64,000 bases of DNA from contig CP145428.1 in NCBI GenBank assembly GCA_036867785.1, forward strand, positions 310,001 to 374,000, written 5' to 3'. The notes below the pieces were generated by a model. That model was not told the DNA's origin. It made no database searches and saw only the letters and a program-made list of their open reading frames with translations. The stretch is from Plasmodiophora brassicae (lineage: Eukaryota). A program made the translations under genes and the position numbers. Within the stretch, counting starts at the first letter, position 1; every line of letters starts with the position of its first letter. Shown in pieces: positions 59,694 through 64,000 of this stretch.

Positions 59694-60767
59694 ATGGGAA
59701 GAATGCCGCGTTGTGTCGGCATCGTTATCGTTTTAATCCTGGCCGCGCGATGCTGGGGAGAACCGCCCGGGGTACCGCGCGCGCTCGTGAAATGCGGCGA
59801 GCTTGCGATCAGGGTATCCGCGGGTCAGACCGGGAAGGCGTGGCTGCTGCGGTCGTCGGCCTGGAACTTCCTGGCCGAGCAGTACTGGAAGTTGTTCTAT
59901 GCCAGCAGCCCGTCCTACGCGCGTATCTACGGGTACCTGGACACAAACCGCTTCGTGTGCAACGCAAAGTGTACCGTGATGCCGTACGCAGGGACCGCTG
60001 CTGGGTCACTCGGCGTGCAGACCGTCAGAGTCTCCATCCAGTCCCTGTCGTTACTCATCTCCGTTATAACGGGACCAGAGAAATGGGAGCAGGCTTTAAG
60101 CGAAGCCTGGAAATCATATGAGTCTGATCCGAGGCAGTTCACAAAGAGACTGCTCTCAAGCGTCACCGCGTCGGCAAGTAAGGCCGTTTCCGTAACAGCC
60201 AGCGCAGCGCTTCGTGAAACGGCCGTCTTCTTGCTGGGCTCGATGGTTGTTCCTCAACTCAATGGCGCGCTCTTGATACATGGGTTCTACCCGTGGTTGT
60301 ATTCCCAGGTCCTGACACCATTACTGAGCCCAACGGCGTTCCCGTTCAACGTGGTGCTGGAGTCGTGCGCGCTGAATGCTGTCGATTTCATGTGCGAGTC
60401 AGTGCCAAGAACGGTCGTTGACTGGGTAGTCGGTCGTTTACGACAACCGTCGACACAACCTGAAGGCGCCTGTCCTTCATCGGACCCATTGCTAGCGATG
60501 ACTGAGGTCGACGACGACACCGTTGTCGTTTCCCGGATCGCAGATGAAGTGCCTCAAAGCGCGACTGAAGCGGACAACGAATTCGTCCCTGTGGACGACG
60601 CGATTAGACAGGAACCAAGCGGGGCGGAAGGGGTCGACAAGAACAACAACGACAAGCCAAAGGAAAACAAGCTTCATGTTCGACTGCAAATGTTGGTCAG
60701 CAGGACCATCAAGACCATTGTGTCCAAGATGACGGCATGCTTCAAATTCGGGAATACTTTCCGATAA
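59694..60767 (+). CDS. Secreted single-exon hypothetical protein, effector candidate
   Basis: SP MGRMPRCVGIVIVLILAARCWG; 357-aa ORF; no recognised domain. Confidence 0.65.
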   Translation: MGRMPRCVGIVIVLILAARCWGEPPGVPRALVKCGELAIRVSAGQTGKAWLLRSSAWNFLAEQYWKLFYASSPSYARIYGYLDTNRFVCNAKCTVMPYAGTAAGSLGVQTVRVSIQSLSLLISVITGPEKWEQALSEAWKSYESDPRQFTKRLLSSVTASASKAVSVTASAALRETAVFLLGSMVVPQLNGALLIHGFYPWLYSQVLTPLLSPTAFPFNVVLESCALNAVDFMCESVPRTVVDWVVGRLRQPSTQPEGACPSSDPLLAMTEVDDDTVVVSRIADEVPQSATEADNEFVPVDDAIRQEPSGAEGVDKNNNDKPKENKLHVRLQMLVSRTIKTIVSKMTACFKFGNTFR

Positions 60768-60801
60768 AGTCAATCTTCGGGAGCAGCCTCATTTGACCTG
60801 T

Positions 60802-62874
60802 TTAGTTATCATCGTCGTTGAGTGACTTCAACACCTCTGAGCATGCGAGCGACAGCTGGGCGTCTGTAGCGAATTCAGACTGCGCCTACGATGCAGAGTC
60901 AGATTGCGTGCTTAAGAACGCTAGACGCAGCTATCGTTGACCTTTGCGCACGTTTCGGCGACTTGAAGCGAATGCGCAATCGACTTGCACGTCGTGTCGC
61001 GAAACACGAGGGACCCTACAATAAGGACGAGTCGATTGATGACCTTGACATCTAAACTTCGTAGTCAGTGGAAAGGTTTACATATTAACCGTGTGACCAC
61101 ACACCTGAGCTTGACTGCAGAAGTTCGCTGCAGATGGATAGCAGCTGGACCTTGGCCGACTGCGCCGATTCTGTCGCTGCCAGCTTCGGTTCCAGGAACG
61201 AAATGGCGTAGTTGATCAAGACCGTCATGTACGCAAGACGAATAGGGCCTGCGACCCGTAATCAACCACCGGAAATCAAGGGCGACGGCGTGCCAAACCC
61301 GCAGGCGACGTGATAAACGGACGAATCGCTTCATGGATCGTGTCGAACTCATCGACCATGACCTTCTTTAACGGGCCCCGAATGAACAGGTTGCACGTCA
61401 TCCGCAAGGCGCCTACCCAGATGTACAATTATTTTCACGAAATACGTGGCACAACCTGCTACCGACCGAGACTCGCTTCGTTGGACGGTGCCGACGCACG
61501 AACAATTCTGGCAATGTTCGCAGACGTCAGCCAGGCATGCAGACTCGGATGGATGACGGCCATGCGTAGAAGGTTGACAAGAGGCGGAAGGTGAGCGGGT
61601 TTCCAGTTCTCAATCATGCGATCGATCAGATCGATCTGAGCAGGCGTAATGGTCGACCGATGGAAAGACGTCCTCTCAGAGACAACATCAACCAGCGACG
61701 ACAACGTCGCGAGGTCTGCGTCGTTCAGGACCAGGCCACAGTCTGAACAGACGTCAGCGAGATGAAGTTCAACTCGATAGCGCCTGAACGTGCCTGGGGA
61801 ATCGTTGAACTCGATGATCTTCTCCTTAACAACATCGAACTTGCACTGCTGGAACGTGGCGAGTTCTGCGGCCTGCAGGGGGATCGCCGCATACGGTGAT
61901 GGAGCGGCTGCCGGCTCACTCTACCAATCAGCGTTAATGACACAATCCGACGAGCGTGTTCGATATCCGACCTTGGGCACTTCGACGACGGCGAGTCGGT
62001 CAACAGTCGATTCGAGCTTGGAAGCGTTGGCCCCCGAGAATTCTTCAACAAGGTCGCCGTTCTTATAGAAACTGCAAGACAGAGACTGTTAATGCGGATT
62101 CTGCATACCGCTCAACAGCGATCCGTACTGAAAGGTCGGCATCGAAGCAATCCTCTTTGCCTGGGCAATGTCCCGGTTCTTGTCAACGTCAACCTGACGA
62201 GAACGTGAGCGGAAAGCACCGGATGAGGTCATTCGATTGGCGAACCTTCAGAAAGACGGCCTTGCCCGCGTACAACTTGGCGAGCGAATCCACCGCGGGT
62301 GCAATATGGCGGCATGGCCCACCTGTTCGGCAACGTTTACCATGCGACAGGGAATAGAACGCTGGTACACGGACACCACGACGCGGTGAAATCGACGACG
62401 ACGAGGAGCCTCTCGGTGCGAACGATCTCGTTGAACTGGCCCATGCCGTAAACGGCCACAACTTCATTCTTGACCGAGGACGATGACGCGGCGGAGGCCC
62501 AGGGATTCGGGATGGGCGCAGGCGCTGGAGCAGCGCCCGTACCACCTGTCAGATGACAAACCGTCGCATCACAATACGCACGGGTCCACTGAGAATCGAG
62601 TTCAACCAGGATTGACGCCCAACGAACGCATCCTCTCCATGAGGAGCATCAGATCGGGATCGTTCATGAATTCGGCGGCGCGCGACGGATCGGCCATGAG
62701 CTGCTGGACCCTATCCGGATCGGTAAGGCCCCCGCAACCGGGGCGAGGTCCACGCCAGGTGCGATATACGTACTTGGCCATGACCTGCGGGTTCGACATG
62801 AGCCGCATCAGGTCGGGGTCCGACATGATCGCGGTGATCGTCTGCGGGTCCATCTGCGACAGCATCGAATCCAT
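60802..62874 (-). CDS. STI1-thioredoxin-PUL-like domain protein (multi-exon)
   Basis: STI1/DP repeats (MSDPDLMRLMSNPQVM; FMNDPDL); thioredoxin VVDFTASW|CGPC..IAP, FLK|VDVD, MPTF, with WCGPC split by an intron; PUL-like helical C-terminus (ENWKPAHLPPLVNLLRM); TAA at 60802-60804. Confidence 0.75.
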
Positions 62875-63057
62875 CTCGACCGTGTGGCCAAAAAACGCGG
62901 TGCAAAGTCCAATCTGACGAGCCGAATCAATGGGTGTGTACTTTACTGGGGGCTTCGTATCAATTTCTAAGTGCCCTTTGACACAGTATTCCAGGTGTCG
63001 GTCCATTTCCAAGAAAACGGATGGGTCGACACCCAGACCGCTGTAAACATCGTCCTA

Positions 63058-63511
63058 ACCGCATGACAAGCGCCCAGCTGGACGCCCTTCAATGGTTTTA
63101 TAATGTGCGCTTTGCTCGTAAGCCTTGTCGGCAGGCTCGATTCCGAATTCGCGGTATTCACGCTGTGATTTGTTAATAGCGCCAGGCGCCGCCCTGCAGG
63201 TGCGTCGCGACGGGTTGCAAGAGTTTCTTACAATTAGCAAATTAACAAAACGCGAATCTTCACGTGGACGGCACAGTACCAAATAACCGCTTATTTACAC
63301 TCTGCCGGCTCAGGATCATGTAGTGTTGCGCTACATGATAAGAAACTCTTGGAGCCCGTCGCGACGCACCTGCAGGGCGGCGCCTGGCGCTATTAGCAAA
63401 TCACAGTGTGGATACCGCGAATTCGGAATCGAGCCTGCCGACAAGGCTTACGAGCAAAGCGCACATTATAAAACCATTGAAGGGCGTCCAGCTGGACGCT
63501 TGTCATGCGGT
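63058..63511. repeat. Near-perfect inverted repeat, ~172-bp arms (63058-63230 and 63339-63511), ~108-bp spacer
   Basis: The arms are reverse complements with only a handful of mismatches (GCATGACAAGCG..CAGCTGGACGCCCTTCAATGGTTTTATAATGTGCGC...). Confidence 0.95.
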
Positions 63512-64000
63512 GTATGTCAGCAGTTGACACGCCATCGACTGGAAAATATGGCAGCGCCGGGAGGATGACCCCCACGGCGAAGGCGCCACCCGGCGGGACG
63601 ACACCCACAAACACTTGTGGGATCGCCCCAGCCGGATGGCCGGCGACGTCCTTCGCGACCGGCAACAAAGGTCGCTGGGTTGAAAGCCGGTGGCTGTTTC
63701 GGCTTCGAACGCGCAGGTTTGATGTTCGCGCCGACATCTCTTGCAGCTGGATGCGGATATCCTGGAGATCTGTGCAGCTGCACCTGCAGCTGAGCTTGCA
63801 GCTGATCCTGCTGCGCCTGCAGCTGCACCTGCAGCTGAGCCTGCTGCGCCTGCAGCTGCACCTGCAGCTGAGCTTGCAGCTGAGCCTGCTGCGCCTGCAG
63901 CGCCGGCGCAAACCATGCCGGCGCTCCGGCACCGGCATACTCTTGAGCGGCATGCTCCGCCACAATCGCATGCGATCGCACTACCGAAGCAGCGCATTCG
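63393..64000 (-). pseudogene. Mug135-like coiled-coil protein, frameshifted at ~63772 (runs off the window)
   Basis: APAWFAPAL plus a Q/L/A heptad repeat in one frame; DLQDIRIQLQEMSARTSN...LLPV...YFP...LDALQWFYN in another frame. Confidence 0.5.
63774..63903 (-). repeat. Coding tandem repeat (CAGCTG-based 9-12 bp units encoding QAQLQVQL)
   Basis: Repeated CTGCAGCTGCAC / CTGCAGCTGAGC / CTGCTGCGC units. Confidence 0.85.

Noticed and set aside
62990-63060. VSVHFQENGWVDTQT, resembling a pogo/DDE_1 transposase segment, next to the inverted repeat
   Set aside because: Only about 20 aa, with no other transposase motifs or target-site duplication; too short to call.

Overview
Gene-dense, GC-rich eukaryotic genomic DNA with many short (~50-90 bp) spliceosomal introns. 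The gene content (flagellar CFAP20 and RIIa genes, several RGS proteins, single-exon secreted ankyrin and SKP1-like effector candidates) fits a zoosporic biotrophic protist such as a plasmodiophorid (Plasmodiophora-like); this is an inference. Recognisable housekeeping genes are p24-delta/TMED10, SBDS, CFAP20, MUS81, MMS19, UBC1/UBE2K, RPL44, PP2A-B55, a DnaJ protein, a PA-TM-RING ligase, an MFS transporter, a bacterial-type (methyl)citrate synthase, two tandem sterol C24-methyltransferases and tRNA-Phe(GAA). The most unusual features are: (i) a bacterial-type MHYT membrane sensor fused to a C-terminal RGS domain, plus a 3x cNMP-binding-RGS protein and two further RGS remnants, suggesting receptor-independent input into heterotrimeric G-protein signalling; (ii) secreted SCF-mimic effector candidates (SP-F-box-ankyrin and SP-SKP1/BTB-like-RING-H2) and a secreted protein with PP1-docking-like motifs; (iii) two long inverted repeats; (iv) a recurrent palindromic promoter motif CGGA(C/G)TCCG; (v) several pseudogenes (GH114, histone H2B, RGS, membrane protein). 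Exon boundaries and domain calls were read by eye and are approximate.
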